In this document: positions 24,877 through 38,361 of the stretch, one piece after another
Layout of the letters: each line of letters opens with the position of its first letter
How positions within the stretch are numbered: the first letter of the stretch is position 1
DNA from: Eledone cirrhosa
Lineage: Eukaryota
Assembly: GCA_964016885.1 (NCBI GenBank)
Contig: OZ024742.1
Location: forward strand, 269,018,001 to 269,082,000
Direction of reading: 5' to 3'
Length of the DNA stretch: 64,000 nt
Notes under the pieces: model-generated
Told to the model about the DNA's origin: nothing
Seen by the model: the letters and a program-made list of their open reading frames with translations, nothing else
The model's database searches: none
Program-made: the position numbers and the translations under genes

Positions 24877-26831
24877 TGGCTAATTCACCTCTGCACGAAG
24901 CAGCTGAAAGCCTTCCTCACAAATTAACACCTCACACCGACACCACCATTTTAAATGTTACTACGTTTGCCAACACAACAAATATAAGAAGTAGCAATAT
25001 TTTAAATTTGTCTCAGGCAGACATTCATTTCCCGCCATTACCAATGACTGCAGGTGTTAAAGCCTCCACCACCACCACCATCGCGACAACCACCACCACC
25101 ACGACCACCGCGACAACAGAAACAAAAGAAGAAAAAAATAAATTAACTCGTGATGTCGAAATGAAATCAAGCAAAATGGACTCTTCCCCACCAAAGACGA
25201 CTGACGTCACCACCACCACGACTGAAACTAAAATGAATATTAACGATAGCAACAACAACAACAATGACATTATAAAAAAACCCCAAAGTTTCGCCAGAGT
25301 AGCAAAACAGTTCGAAGCATTTACGGTAACTCAGGAGGATTTAGAAAATGCCAAACAAATGGTAAAGAAAGATGGGCACAGGGTCTGCCCCCCCCCACCT
25401 AATAAAATGGGGCATCGGCGCCTATGCACCGTGTCGTATAGAAGAATAAATGTGAAATCGCGCCGAGTGGAACGGGCATCCGAGTCCCAAATCCAAAAAG
25501 CTTTGGGACATGTGTGGGCAAGAAAAACCCACATCAGACGTGGGCAAAAGTATGGAACCGTGGACGTGTTCTTCGAAACACCAGAGGAGGCTAGAGAATA
25601 CTCCATGGCCCCATTAAGAAGTGACGACTTCACACTCGTCCCAAGCTATTGTGGCCAGAGACTCGTAAAGATCAGGGTGACCCACATTCCACCGGCCATC
25701 GAAATTCCCTGGCTAATAGCGGCTGTCCTCGCCGGCATCGAAGCCAACACGAAAATAATAGCAATAGCAAAAGAAAAGCAGGAGAACTGGTCCGGATCTG
25801 GGATGGAGCTCCTGATCCAAGCGGACCAAAAAAGCATTGAGGAGATCCCAGAGGTAATAGAGCTCACTGACGGCAGCCACCTCACGGTAATTGTCGAGGG
25901 CAGAAGACTTAGGTGTGTCGTTTGTGGTGAAGGAACCCACCTAAGGGCTTTCTGCCCTCAGGCTAAAAGGTTGAGGCCACCTCTCCTACCCACCCCAGTG
26001 ACACAACCATCAACACCACCAGTAGCAGAGATGGCAGCAACAACTGTAGCAGCAACAACAGAAGCAACTATAACAGCAACAACCACAGCAACAGTAGCAA
26101 AACCAACACCACCAGCACCACCAGCAAAACCAGCACCACCACCACCCAACGCTTCAGAACTAGCACCAGCGCCTATACCATCCACCACGCCACAACCAAA
26201 ACTAACGGCTGTGGAGGATTTTCCACTCCCCGGCCTATCACAACTGGAGACAGATTGTGACGACGAGGAGTGGGAAACGATATCCGGAAAAAAAAAAGAA
26301 ACCAAAAAAGAAAAAAATTCTCTTCCTTCCCCCTCCAAAAACAAAATACAGAGGGAAACAAATAAATTAAGAAACAAAAAAGTTAGGACAGATATGCCAC
26401 CATCCACACCAGCATCACCAACCCCATCAACCCAAACACCAACACCACCATCACCAACAGCAAAAATGTCACCAAAAAGCGAAACAGAAACAAACCCTCA
26501 ACAAACGCAAATAAAACAAAACAACCAAAACGATACACACTACACAGCATTATATTTGAACAACAACCAATTATTACACTACATCCAACACAACACCAGC
26601 ATCACAGAAAAAGACTACACAACAACCCCAAAATTCACACCACCTCCACACATACAAATCACTCGCATCACACAGAAAACGTACATGACACTAAAACAAA
26701 AATTCCCCAAAGACATCGGAGACTTCCGACAAGCACTCTCCAGGAGGATTTATAAGGAGATCATTCCAAAGGAGGCCACAAGCAGTGAAAAGGATGGAAA
26801 AACCGTCCTTCCCCTACGAGAAGTAAGGTAA
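24877..26831 (+). CDS. ORF1 (gag-like RNA-binding protein with CCHC knuckle)
   Basis: Open frame from ATG (MANSPL). Contains CVVCGEGTHLRAFC (Cx2Cx4Hx4C), an upstream RRM-like region (YGTVDVFF) and T/P-rich linkers. Confidence 0.85.
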
Positions 26832-26865
26832 GTGGTCTTTCCCATCTTTTCCACTCCTTTTCAAC

Positions 26866-29430
26866 ATGACCTCACTCAGAATAGGCAGCATAAATGCGCG
26901 TGGCTTGGGGTCGTCATGGAAGCAGTGCCACCTGCTCAACGACCTCAGGTCACTAAACATAGATGTAGTGGCCATCAGCGAGACCAGAATTTCCGAAGCA
27001 CAGGCTTTCGCACCGATCTTCGGCGGCTACGATGTGTACGCATCTCCCAGCCGTCCGAGATCGGGGGGAGGAGTTGCTGTGCTTTTTCGGAGAGGTTTGG
27101 ATCTTGTCATACGGGCCAGCTTCCTGGACCCAGAAGGTAAGTTGGTGGTACTGGACGTGACCATCGGAGACGGCCAAGCTTTCAGGTTAGTAGCCGTCTA
27201 TTCCCCGACAGGAGCAGGGCGGCCTGATTTCTTCCGGCGTCTGGAGATCTTTCTTGAAACATCCCGCTCTTTAGTGTTAGTGGGCGACTGGAACGGGATC
27301 TTAGATGCACGCTGGGATTGTGTGGGATTAGTGGATAGGGAAGGAGGGTGCAAGAGTCTCACCAACCTGCTCAGACGTTTTGAACTGTCTGACAGGTACC
27401 GAATGGATTTCCCGAATGTACCAATGTTCACTTGGACAAATCGCATAGGGTCATCCAGATCATATCTAGATAGAGTATTTTGTAGGGAAATAGATAGGTC
27501 TAGCATCGGGCTGTCCACAATTCAAGATAGTCAGCTAAACGGACCACAAATTCGTGACTGTGTGCTTGACTTAGATAGGCTTCATAGACGACGACCCGGC
27601 TACTGGAAGCTAAACGCGTCCTTACCAGCGCGCAAGGCCTACAGAGACCGGATTAGCGAACTAGTTAAGCGGGCGTTGACGGGGGCCATCGTCAACAACA
27701 AGTGGTGGTTTGCTCTGAAAAGAGCAATTAGAATAGAGTCCATTAGGTTTAGTAAGACTTTAGCAATAGAGAAAAATAGAGCAGAGGGAGAATTAGTTAG
27801 AAAATTAGATGAGGCGCTTAGCAAAGGCATCGCGACCGACGTACTTGCGGCAAAATTGGCCCTTGACCAATTCTTCAATGCAAAGCACGAAGGCTGCGTT
27901 GTCAGAGCTAGGGTGCGTGCTCTCAGATACGAGGGGACGAAAGCCGTTCAATAGGCCCGAGTGGCGGAGGCGCGTCGTGGCAACAAAGCCACGATCCGGT
28001 CTTTGGTGGACCACGACAGGCGCATGCTACTCGATCCCGGGCAAATGTGTGAAGCTTTTCAGCGACACTTCGCTCAACTGTTCGGGGGCAGTGGCGGGCC
28101 GGATCAAGGGATGGACTTTAGTGTTTGCCTCGACGGACTGCCGCGGCTTTCGGCCACTGAGGCGGAGTGTTACGAAAAGCCGATAACAACCGCTGAAGTA
28201 CGGGAGGCAATGACTAGTTGCACAAGGGGTAAATCGCCTGGTTTAGATGGTCTGCCCTATGAACTTTACGTACAAATGCCAAACTTGTTCGGAGGCCTCT
28301 TGGCGGACGTCTACTGCAACTGGCAACAGAACGGGAGAATTCCCAGCTCTGTGAGCCGAGGAGCGGTGGCACTGCTGAGAAAGGATCCGAACAAGGGGTA
28401 TAACATAGATAATTTTAGGCCCATAACTCTGCTAAACACAGAGTTCAAGATTTTGGCCAAGGTGCTAGCAAAGAGGTTGGCGCTTGTCGTTGGTGGTCTG
28501 GTGGGAGAGGCACAGACATGCGCCATTCCCGACAGATCCATTCACGACAATCTCCACCTCATGCGATACATCGTAGAGAGGGTAGCTAGGGAACCTGGCA
28601 CGGGTGGGTATGATATCTCCATCTTTTCCTCGACGGTGATCAGGTGTGGTCGCCGTTGGTTAAACACGTTTTTCCCCAGCTCGTCTCCTTGACGGAGCTG
28701 CAGTCCTGGGTCAATCGAAGACCGAGAGGGAGCGCTTGGAGACTGGAATGTCTTCAGGCGCTCACAGCCCTCGACCAATCGGGCAATGTGATCGGTTGAA
28801 ACTCCACCTTGGCGTTCTATAGGGGATTAGTGAAGGGGAAGAGCGACGACGTACCTAGGCGTCGACGAAAATCAACTAGCCAATCTCTTCGGAAGGACTT
28901 TCGGGCCGGGGCCTATGGACAACTTCCAGAAATCCCTGGTCTGGCAGTGCTACCGGGGTGCTTTGCCAGTTCGGCATAAACTTTACGAGCATGGAGGTGC
29001 CGTCAGCCGGGCATGTCCGAGATGCGCACAGGGCGACAAAACCGTCCTGCACGCACTCGTCCAGTGTCCGAGCATTGCTGACTTGTGGGTTTATGTCGAA
29101 CACCTGCTGTCACGTGTAGGACGGATCCAGCTATCAGCTGAGTCCATCGTGAGGATTGCCCCGCCCTCTTCCTTTAGCCGGGAAGGGCAGGCAGTTTTTA
29201 TCTGTCTGGTGGCCATGGCGAAAGAGATAGTATGGTGGACACGTTTGAAAGGGCTGAAGACGAGCACCTACCTCTTCGGTGATGCCCTGATTAATTTTTC
29301 AAATTTCATCTGAAAAGGAAAATCAGGGTAGAGAGGGAAGTGCTTCCTTCCCAGCATTTTGTTGAAAGATGGGTGAGAGAAGCAAGTATGGCCCGAATGA
29401 ATGGGCCTTCTCTGAGTATGTGTCTGTAAA
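26866..29430 (+). pseudogene. ORF2 (APE endonuclease-RT), disrupted
   Basis: SINARGL, AISET, VGDWN, YLDRVF, GYWKLN, KSPGLDGLP, NFRPITLLN and CPRC...HALVQC. Has a stop, frameshifts and the RT-core deletion. Confidence 0.9.
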
Positions 29431-29694
29431 TTAAAGGTGGAAAACTGGGAGAGGGCACTTGCCCTGGTGGTCAGGGCCACTGTGGTCTTTTAATGGGCTT
29501 TCTCCACAAATGTCCCTCGGAAGTCTCCCCCCTATTGGGGAATTTTTCTTTGTTATTTTATTTCATCCTCTGTTTTTTTTACACGCAGAAATGCCCATTT
29601 GTACCGTCCTGTATTGTCCTGTACTGTCCTTAATGTCTACTTTGGGTAAACCCTTGTGGTTAATAAAGAAAACATTATTATTATTATTGTTGTT

Positions 29695-32211
29695 ATTCCT
29701 TGAATCTCAGTCATTGATGTTGGTTAACTGGAAAGTCCGTTGGAATGAATATCAAGCCACTACCTGCAGCCTCAGATATTCAGGACGTATCGGAGGGTTC
29801 TTGCTGTTACAAGCAAGCATGCCTTTTGAAGCGTTCCAAAAAGTGTGAAGGGGCCGATTTTCTTTAACCATCCCTGGAAACTTTTGGAGATAGTCCCCAG
29901 TGCACCTATGACAATCGGGATCACTTTGACTTCATGGCAGTTCCAAATCCTTTTCACCTCCCACTTTAGCTCCTGGTATCGGTTAATTTTCACCCTCTCC
30001 TTCTCTTGCACACTCGTGTCGAAAGGGCAGGCCACATCCACAATCATACACGATCTTTTTTCTTTGTCCACAGCCACCAGGTCAGGTCTATTGTGTTCCA
30101 GTTTTTTGTCCGTCTGTATCCTAAAATCCCACAGCACCTTCACCTGATTGTTCTCCATCACCGCCTCTGGCCTATGCTCATACCATTTCTCAGAATGTGG
30201 TAAATTGTTTACTTTGCACAGGTGCCAGTGGATCACCCTGCCCATCACATCGTGTCTCCAGCCCTTATAGTGGGTCTGGGCTAGGTGTTTACACTCGGAC
30301 ACGATGTGAGCCACAGTCACCTCTCTCTCTCCACAGATCCTGCACAGTGGGCTAGCCTCCTCCTTGTAAATATGGTGCTTCAACCAGTTCGTTTTGAGGA
30401 CCTGCTCCTGCGCAGCCATTAGCCTTTTTGAGGTCTCCTCTTCTCAACCAGTTCCATGTCTGTGGATCTCTAAATTCAGTTTTCTCAAAGAAGGTACTAT
30501 GAAAGGATTTTCCCTTAAGGCTGCTCTTCCTCCTTGATGTTATTTCCTCCTTGGACATCCCCTGGCCTACTGTCCCCTCCTTCAGTACAGTTCTGAGCAT
30601 TGGCTCCTTACTATAGGTCACGTATTTGTATAGGTTGTTTTTCTCCATCTGAACACAGTCCTCTATGCTGATAAGACCTCTTCCACCCTCAGATCTCCTT
30701 AGGTAGAGTCTATCGACATCACTCCTCTTGTGGAACATGTTGTAGATAGTCAATAGCTTACTAGTCTTCCTATCCATTTCTTTTTGTTCAGCAACATTCC
30801 ATCTCAGAATTCCCGCACTGTACCTAATAATAGACACAGCTCGGGAATTTACTGCGCTTATGGCATTTCTGCTGTTCAGACGTGACTTCAACACGCTCCT
30901 TATTCTCCGAATGTATTCAGTTCTTAACAATTCCTTCATTTCTTTTGTTCTTTATGCCATCAGCCTCCAGAACGCCCAAATACTTGTATCCTTCCTCAGA
31001 GTCAATTTCCTTTATCATCTCACCTGTTGGTATCTGGATCCCGTTACTTCTGCTCAACCTACCCCTCCTCATCACAATGACTCCACATTTACTAATACCA
31101 AACTGCATACATATATCACTGCTGAAAATACGGACAGTGTCAACAAGCACATCCAACTCCTTCTCACTTTTCCCGAAGAGCTTAAGATCGTCCATGAAGA
31201 GGAGGTGATTGATGGTAAGCTCTCCCTTTCCCAACTTGTATCCTGCTCTCACTTTTCGCAGTATAATGGTCAAGGGCATCAGGGCAAGGACAAACAACAG
31301 AGGGGACAGACTATCTCTCTGGAAGATACCTCTCTTGATCTTCACGTTTCCCCAAGGATACTCCAGTTGATGTCAACTCTGTCTCCCAGGACCCCATACT
31401 CCTGCCCAGCAACTGTCTGATGTTATCTGCCACTGTGAAGATCTCCAGGCTTTTGGTGATCCAAGAATGAGGCACCATGTCAAATGCCTTTCTGTAGTCT
31501 ATCCATCCCATGGCAAGATCAGTGTGTCTCCTCCTGTAATTCCCCATTACCATCTTATCAATAAGTAACTGGTCCTTTGTACCACGTGACTTCTTTCGGC
31601 ATCCTTTCTGTTCGTCCGGTAACAAGTTGTTTGTGTGGAGGTGATGGTAGATTTCCTCAGACACAATGCTCGTCAACAGTTTCCACATTACGGACAGACA
31701 TGTGATAGGTCTATAGTTGGTAACATCATTACCCTTGATTCGGTCTTTCATTATCAGAACTGTGGTACCTTTTGTCAACCACTCTGGCACCTCACCCGAC
31801 ACCAAGCAGTCATTGAACATGGCCGTCAGCTTCGGGTGGAGGGATGTTAAATTTGTAATCCAATACCCCTGCACACCATCTGGGCCTGGTGATTTCCAGT
31901 TGGTTAGTTTTTTGGCCTGCCCCTTAAGAGTTTCAACTGTGATACTCAAATCAGTTTGTTGGTGTGCCTGCTCACCGATCTCCCTCTGTACTGTCTCAAT
32001 CCACCCTGCCTGGACATTATGTCTAACATCCTGCTCCCATATTCCTCTCCAGAATGTTTTGGTTTGCTCCGCCCCAGGGATCAAGTCGTTGCCTCTTTCT
32101 TTCCCCTCAAGCTGTCCAAACAGCATCTTCTGGTTGTTGTCGAACATGCGGTTCTGTTTATACTGACAGACTCTGTTCTCGTATCGCCTGATTTTTGCAC
32201 TCTTGCACACA
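29695..32211 (-). mobile_element. 5'-truncated R4/Dong-like retrotransposon, near-identical to 16526-18995, frameshifted
   Basis: ORF pieces 32222-31311, 31345-30917, 30939-30352 and 30419-29772. Identical 3' junction TTATTGTTGTTATTCCTTGAATCTCAG. Confidence 0.95.
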
Positions 32212-32385
32212 TTTCTCCACAAATGTCCCTCGGAAGTCTCCCCCCTATTGGGGAATTTTTCTTTGTTATTTTATTTCAACCTCTGTTTTTTTTACACGCA
32301 GAAATGCCCTTTTGTACCGTCCTGTATTGTCCTGTACTGTCCTTAATGTCTACTTTATGTGAACCCTTGTGGTTAATAAAGAAAA

Positions 32386-32390
<5 letters not shown>
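32212..32390 (+). repeat. Direct duplicate of the last ~180 bp of Tx1 copy B (29499-29677)
   Basis: TTTCTCCACAAATGTCCCTCGG...AATAAAGAAAACATTA repeated with about 5 substitutions. Confidence 0.92.
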
Positions 32391-32416
<26 letters not shown>

Positions 32417-35400
32417 GGTCTAAGCGGACGTATTTTGCTTGCTCCAAGTAAGTGGCTTTATTTGCCTGTTAAAATTATTTGTCGTTAAATTTTTCTTGGT
32501 GTGTAAGGGATATAAGCCCTTAGACTTTGCCCCGTGAAGGGGAAAGTATAATATTTGTGTCTTTTCGCCCAAATATTTGAACTTTTTTTACATGTTAAAA
32601 AAATTTACGGACAAACAAATAACATGGCTGAGCCACGCCCCCCAGCGATATGTCTGCTTTCGTCCGACATCGACGTAGAAGTTGAGAGGAGCGCTACAGC
32701 GAAATTAACACACATTGATAACACAAACACCACCACAAACAATGTAAACAAGACACCAATGATACCAATGCGAACTCTAATTTTGAAAGAAGTGACAGTA
32801 ACCTGAGACAAACGAAAATACAGATAACAAAAAAAAATGACAAACGCAAAAATATCAACACCACTAACATGAAAACAAATAGCGACAAAACCAACACCAA
32901 CAATACCAACTGCACCGAGAACAACGGTGGCAACAAAGGGCAACAATGATAACAGCGACAGTGATAACAACACCACCAACAAGAACAACGACAACGACAA
33001 CAACACCCCAATAACGACAAGTAGAACACTTTCGCTGCGGCAGCAGCTAAAAAGAGGCCATGTTTCAACATGGACCTCTCAAACAAAGATGAACAGTTCG
33101 CCCAGGGCTGGAAGCTCATCAAGCAAGAGCAAACCTGGGCCAACTTAACTGTCTCAGTAGAAGCTATTGAGGCAGTAGATCGCATAACGGTGCATTATAG
33201 ATGCATCTCAGCACAAACCAAAAGGGCAGCTTTAATCCCACATGCAGATGTCGAAGTCGCGCTCAGGTGCATCAGAGAAGACACCGAATACATAGCGAGG
33301 GGCAGACTGTACGGCACCATTTCGGTGTTCTTCAAGTCAGAAGCGCTCGCATTGAAACACGCTATGACTCCTTGCAAAACCAGCAAGGTCATAATGTACC
33401 CCTCTCACATGGGAAAAAGAACGGCCCGTCTCCGCATTCGCTGAATCCCACCAGGACTTGACATGTGGTGACTTCTGGGATGTGTAATTGTGGAGGGGAC
33501 GGATACCGTCCCTATAGAAGTGACCAGAACGGCTAGAGCGGACTGGTCCGGGGTTGACCTGGAGATCCTTCTCCACATCAGGCTCGAGAATGTGAAGACA
33601 ATCCCGGACCACATCTGCCTTCAGAATGGGACGGTCATTCACATTATGACCGAAGGAAAAAGGCCGCAGTGGTTTGTTTGTGGGGAAAACACCCATTTGC
33701 GAGACTTCTGCCCTCAACTGCTGAAAGTGGTAAGGGGTCGAAAGGCTCCACTGCTGCCGACGCCGGGGCGAGGACCACAACCACCACCAGCACCGGCAAA
33801 ACCACCTACAACAACACCAATAGAAAGACCACCACCAACATTGACCACCCAGGGGGGAAACGAGGAAAGCTGTCAAATTCCCCTTCCGCCCCAAAATACA
33901 CACACCAATAAAAGCATAAACATACATACAGACACACTTACAGACAAAGAACCCTCATCTACCAGTAGTGAAGATGAGGGAAAACCAAAATCCGCCAAAA
34001 TACCAAAGAGGAAACACAAAAAATAAAAAAACTCAACAAAGCACAAAATCACCCACAATAAAAAACGCAGACACAACCCACGCAAAAAATATATCTCCAA
34101 TAACACCACCATCACCATCACCAGAATCCCCCAAACGCAAACAACCTAAACAGACGCAAGAACAAATATACACACAAACATCTGAAACCACAGACACCGC
34201 ACTCACAAAAAACACAGACTCAACCGAAACAACACGACCAAAACCATCACCACCACACCCACGCAAACAAATAAAATAACACCAACAAAACATACAAAAC
34301 TTCGTGTTCATCGGGATGGCCAACACGGAACTGATGGCCATCGTAGCACGAAGTGAGAATATACAAAAAAAGGGGGAAATTTTAAATCGAGCATATTTCG
34401 CGTGCCAGAAGATTTGGTTCTGGTACGAATGTCGATCGATTTATTCAAAGAAATACGACACAGCTTTCCTCGGGACCTGGGAACCCCGAACGTAAAACAC
34501 ACTTCAAGACTTTAAAGGGGTTCCCAAAGAAACCCCGTCAACTATGGAAGTCGAAGAACACGACCTTCACAAGAGCCCGGAAGGTAAGTAAACCTTCCTC
34601 TCTCTCTTTTTAACCTGCCAACATGGCCGTATTAAGAGTAGGATGTTTAAGTGTTCGAGGCCTGGGATCGCCCTGGAAGCAGGGTCACCTGCTCAACGAC
34701 CTCAGTTCTATAGAAATGGATGTAATTGCCATCAGCGTGACCAGGATTTCCGATACGCGCGCACTAGCCCCATTTTCGACGATTATCAGATATTTGCATC
34801 TGTTAGTCGGCCGGGAATGGGAGGCGGGGTGGCAGTGCTGTTTAGGAAAGGCCTGAATCTCGATGTAAGGTCGATCTTCCGCGACCCTGACGGGAAGTTG
34901 GTGGTCCTGGACGTGAACAATAACGAATGTGGTGCCTATAGACTGGTGGCCCCCTATGCTCCTACTGGGACAGGACGGCCGGACTTCTTTAGACGCCTGG
35001 AAGCCTTTCTGGGTACATCTCGCCCTTTACTGTTGGGGGGGACTGGAATGCTTCTTAGACGCAAGCTGGGACTGTGTGGGAGTATCCGATAGGAGCGGGG
35101 GGTGCAAAAGCCTCAAGAACCTGATCAGCCAGTTCCAACTGTCTGACAGGTACCAACTAGATTTCTCTAATGCGCCAGTGTGGACCTGGGCTAACCGCAT
35201 AGCGTCATCTATATCGTATATAGACAGGTTATTCATTAGGAAAATAGACAGAAATAATGTAAGCTGTCCACGCTTTAAAACGGTTGCCTATTCAGATCAC
35301 AAATTTGTGATCTGTATGGTCGACCTAGATACGACGCGTAGGTTAGGACCTGTTTACTGGAAGCAAAACATGTCATTTCCGGCACGTAATTCTAACAGGG

Positions 35401-38123
35401 ACCAGGTCAACCATTTAGTTAAAAAAAAGTTGACAGGGACAGTCGTCAACAATCGATGGTGGGGGGCTCTCAAAAGAGAGATTAGAGAAACCTGGATAGA
35501 GTTTAGCAAAGAAGTAGCGTTAGAGAAAAATAGAAATGAGGAGGAAATGGTAGATAAGATAGACGAGGCTATTTGTAGTGGTATTACAACTAACGTGCTA
35601 GAGGCGAGAATGGCATTAGACCATTTCTTCAATGCGAAAGACGAAGGTTGCATTGTCAGAGCTAAGGCGCGTGCTCTAAGAAACGAGGGAACCAAAGCTG
35701 TTCGATGGGCCCGCGTTGCAGAGGCCCAGCAAGGTACTAAAACCACGATTATAGTCTTTGACGGACCGAGATGGACACGAGCTGAGCGATTCCAAGAGGA
35801 TGTGAGCCCTTTCGCCATCATTTTGCTCGGTTGTTCGGGGGAAGTGGCGGGTCAGATGGTGGTGGACTTCAGTCCCTACCCTGATGGCTTGCCGCAACTC
35901 TCGACGGCTGATGCTGGGCGCTGCGAAAGGTGAATTACTTCAACCGAGATTCAGCATGCCCTTGTCGGCTGCATGAGGCGCAAGTCACGTGGTTTGGATG
36001 ATCTGCCCTAAGAGCGTTACGTAATTATGCCAGACTTGTTCTCCAATCTCCTCGAAGCTCTCTACTGCAACTGGCAGAAAAAAACGGGAGTATTCCCAGT
36101 TCAGTTAACCGGGGCGTAGTGACGCTGATAAGGAAAGACGAGAACAAGAAAGGACACATTAGACAATTTCAGGCCCATAACTCTGGTCAACACAGAGTTT
36201 AAGATTTTGACCAGGGTGTTAGCGAAGAGGTTGGCGCTTGTCGTCGGTGATTTGGTTGGCGAGGCGCAAACTTGCGCAATCCAGCTGGATCGCTGCAATG
36301 CACAGCGGCACCTGCTCGATGGTCAAAATTAATGGCCACCTCTCGGAACCGTTTCAAGTCCCCCGATCGGTCCGTCAAGGGTGCCCTCCCGCCTTCCTTC
36401 TGTACGTATCCTTTACTGCGGAAGTTGGATCTGTTGCAGGGCATACCGCTCGAACCGGGACGCGGAATGGTTGTGTCGGCTTATGCGGACGACACCACCG
36501 TGATGTTGTCGGACACCTCAGAAATCGAGGTGGCCGGCAACTTATTGGAGGAATATGAAAGGTTGACGGGAGCAAAACTTAACCCGGAAAAGTCGGTGGG
36601 ATTGCAACTCGGCACCTGGAGAGGCAAGTCTATGCCGTCCAACAGCGTCGCTAGGCGCTGGACGGACGGACAGGTAAAGTTGCTAGGGCTTTGGTTCGGA
36701 CCAGACCTCCAGGTGGATAAGAATTGGGACGAGGCGACGGGAAGGGTAGCTAGTCTCACCCAGAAATGGGCTGGGATGAAGCTATCACTGAAATGTCGGA
36801 CGGAGGTGGCGAACGCTTACATCGCGTCCGTCATCTACTACCGTCTGACCGTCGTCCCTTGCCCACGTTCGCGCCTCGCCATCTTGGAGCGGCTCCTCTT
36901 CAAATTCTTGTGGAGGGGTCAGGTTCTGCTGGTTAGGCGGTTCATCTGCTGCCAGCACCCTCTACGTGGAGGGCTAGGCATGCCGTGGCTAATGATGCGA
37001 AGGCACGAACTGAGGCTGCGGCATCTCCAGATATTCTGCCTAAATGGTGAACAGGTGTGGTCGCCGTTTGTCAGACGAGCCTTTCCGCAGTTCGTTTCTT
37101 TGACTGAGCTGCAGTCCTGGGTCAAGAAGAAACCGAGACTGGGTGTCTGGCATCTCGAATGTTGCCAGACACTCACTGCCCTCTACCAGGCGGAAAATGG
37201 GGTCAGTGGAACCCCCACTCTCGAGTTCTATAGATGATTAATGGTGGGCAAGTGCGACGACGCACTCGGAGAGGCTCTGGGAGTCAACGAAATCGAACTA
37301 ACCAGTCTAAACCGGAGGACTTTCGAGCCGGGGACGATGGAGAATTTCCAAAAATCCCTCGTTTGGCAGTGCTACCGGGAGGCACTGCCGGTTCGAGATA
37401 AACTCTACAGGCACGGAAGTGCTGTCAGACGGACCTGCCCGAGATGCGCGCAGAGCTACGAAACCGTTCTGCACGCACTCGTCCAGTGTCCGTGCATTAC
37501 TAAATTGTGGAGTTATGTTGAACAGCTGTTGTCGCGTGTAGAACGGATCCGGCTATCGACCGAGTCCATATTGAAGATCGACCAGCCGCCTTCTTTTGGG
37601 CAGGAAGGACAGGAAATGTTCCTCTGTCTGGTGGCAGTAGCGAAAGAGGTTGTATGGTGGACGAGGTTGAAAGGACTAAAGACAGACACTTTTCTCTTCG
37701 GCCAATCCCTCCTCAACTTTTTCAAGTTTCACTTGGAAAGGAAGGTGAGGGTGGAGAGAGAAGTGCTGCCCCCCAGTACATTTGCTGAAAGGTGGGTGAA
37801 TGTGGCGAGAATGGAGCGTGTGAGTGGGCCTATTCTGGTCATGCGGCTGTAGGTAGGTAAATGGTTGGAGGAGAGGGGTGCCCTTCCAGGGTGCTGTCGA
37901 AGTGTCGTTCAGGAATGGTGGGGTACCTGAGCGAACCCTGGGTGGTTATCCCCCTATGTGGGAATTTTGTCTTGTTGTAATGTTATTGTTACTTTATTGT
38001 TACTTTGTTATTGTTACTTTGTTATTGTTATTCATATTGTTTACTCGACTTTTCTGTAAAACCCCACTGTCCCATCTTTTCTATTGTCCCCTATATGTCG
38101 GCCCTTGTGGCCAATAAATGAAA

Positions 38124-38125
<2 letters not shown>
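32417..38125 (+). mobile_element. Tx1/L1-like retrotransposon, related diverged family (copy D), degraded
   Basis: ORF1 remnants with a degenerate knuckle (FVCGENTHLRDFC). ORF2 from 34623 has YSDHK, SAYADD and CPRC...HALVQC and ends at 37852. (TTA)n flanks. Confidence 0.93.
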
Positions 38126-38156
<31 letters not shown>

Positions 38157-38175
38157 TATTATTATTAGTATTATT

Positions 38176-38360
38176 AATTGTTTCTACTTTAGGCACAAGG
38201 CCAGCAAATTACCCAGTGCATTACTGGTACTTTATTTTATCGACCCCGTAAGGATGAAAGGCAAAGTCAACCTCGGCGGGATTTGAACTCAGATCGTAAA
38301 GGGACGTAACTATGCTGGAAAGCATGGCGTCCGACCTTCTACCGATACTGCCAATCCACC
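38176..38360 (-). mobile_element. Full-length tRNA-derived SINE
   Basis: A box, B box, core and (ATT)n tail are all present. Confidence 0.9.
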
Positions 38361-38361
38361 A

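Larger units (their letters stand above)
24669..29675 (+). mobile_element. Tx1/L1-like retrotransposon copy B
   Basis: Same 5' end (GGCGACCTA.GTAG) and 3' end as copy A. ORF1 is intact. ORF2 has a stop at 27952 and an ~830-bp deletion of the RT core at 28608. Confidence 0.95.
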
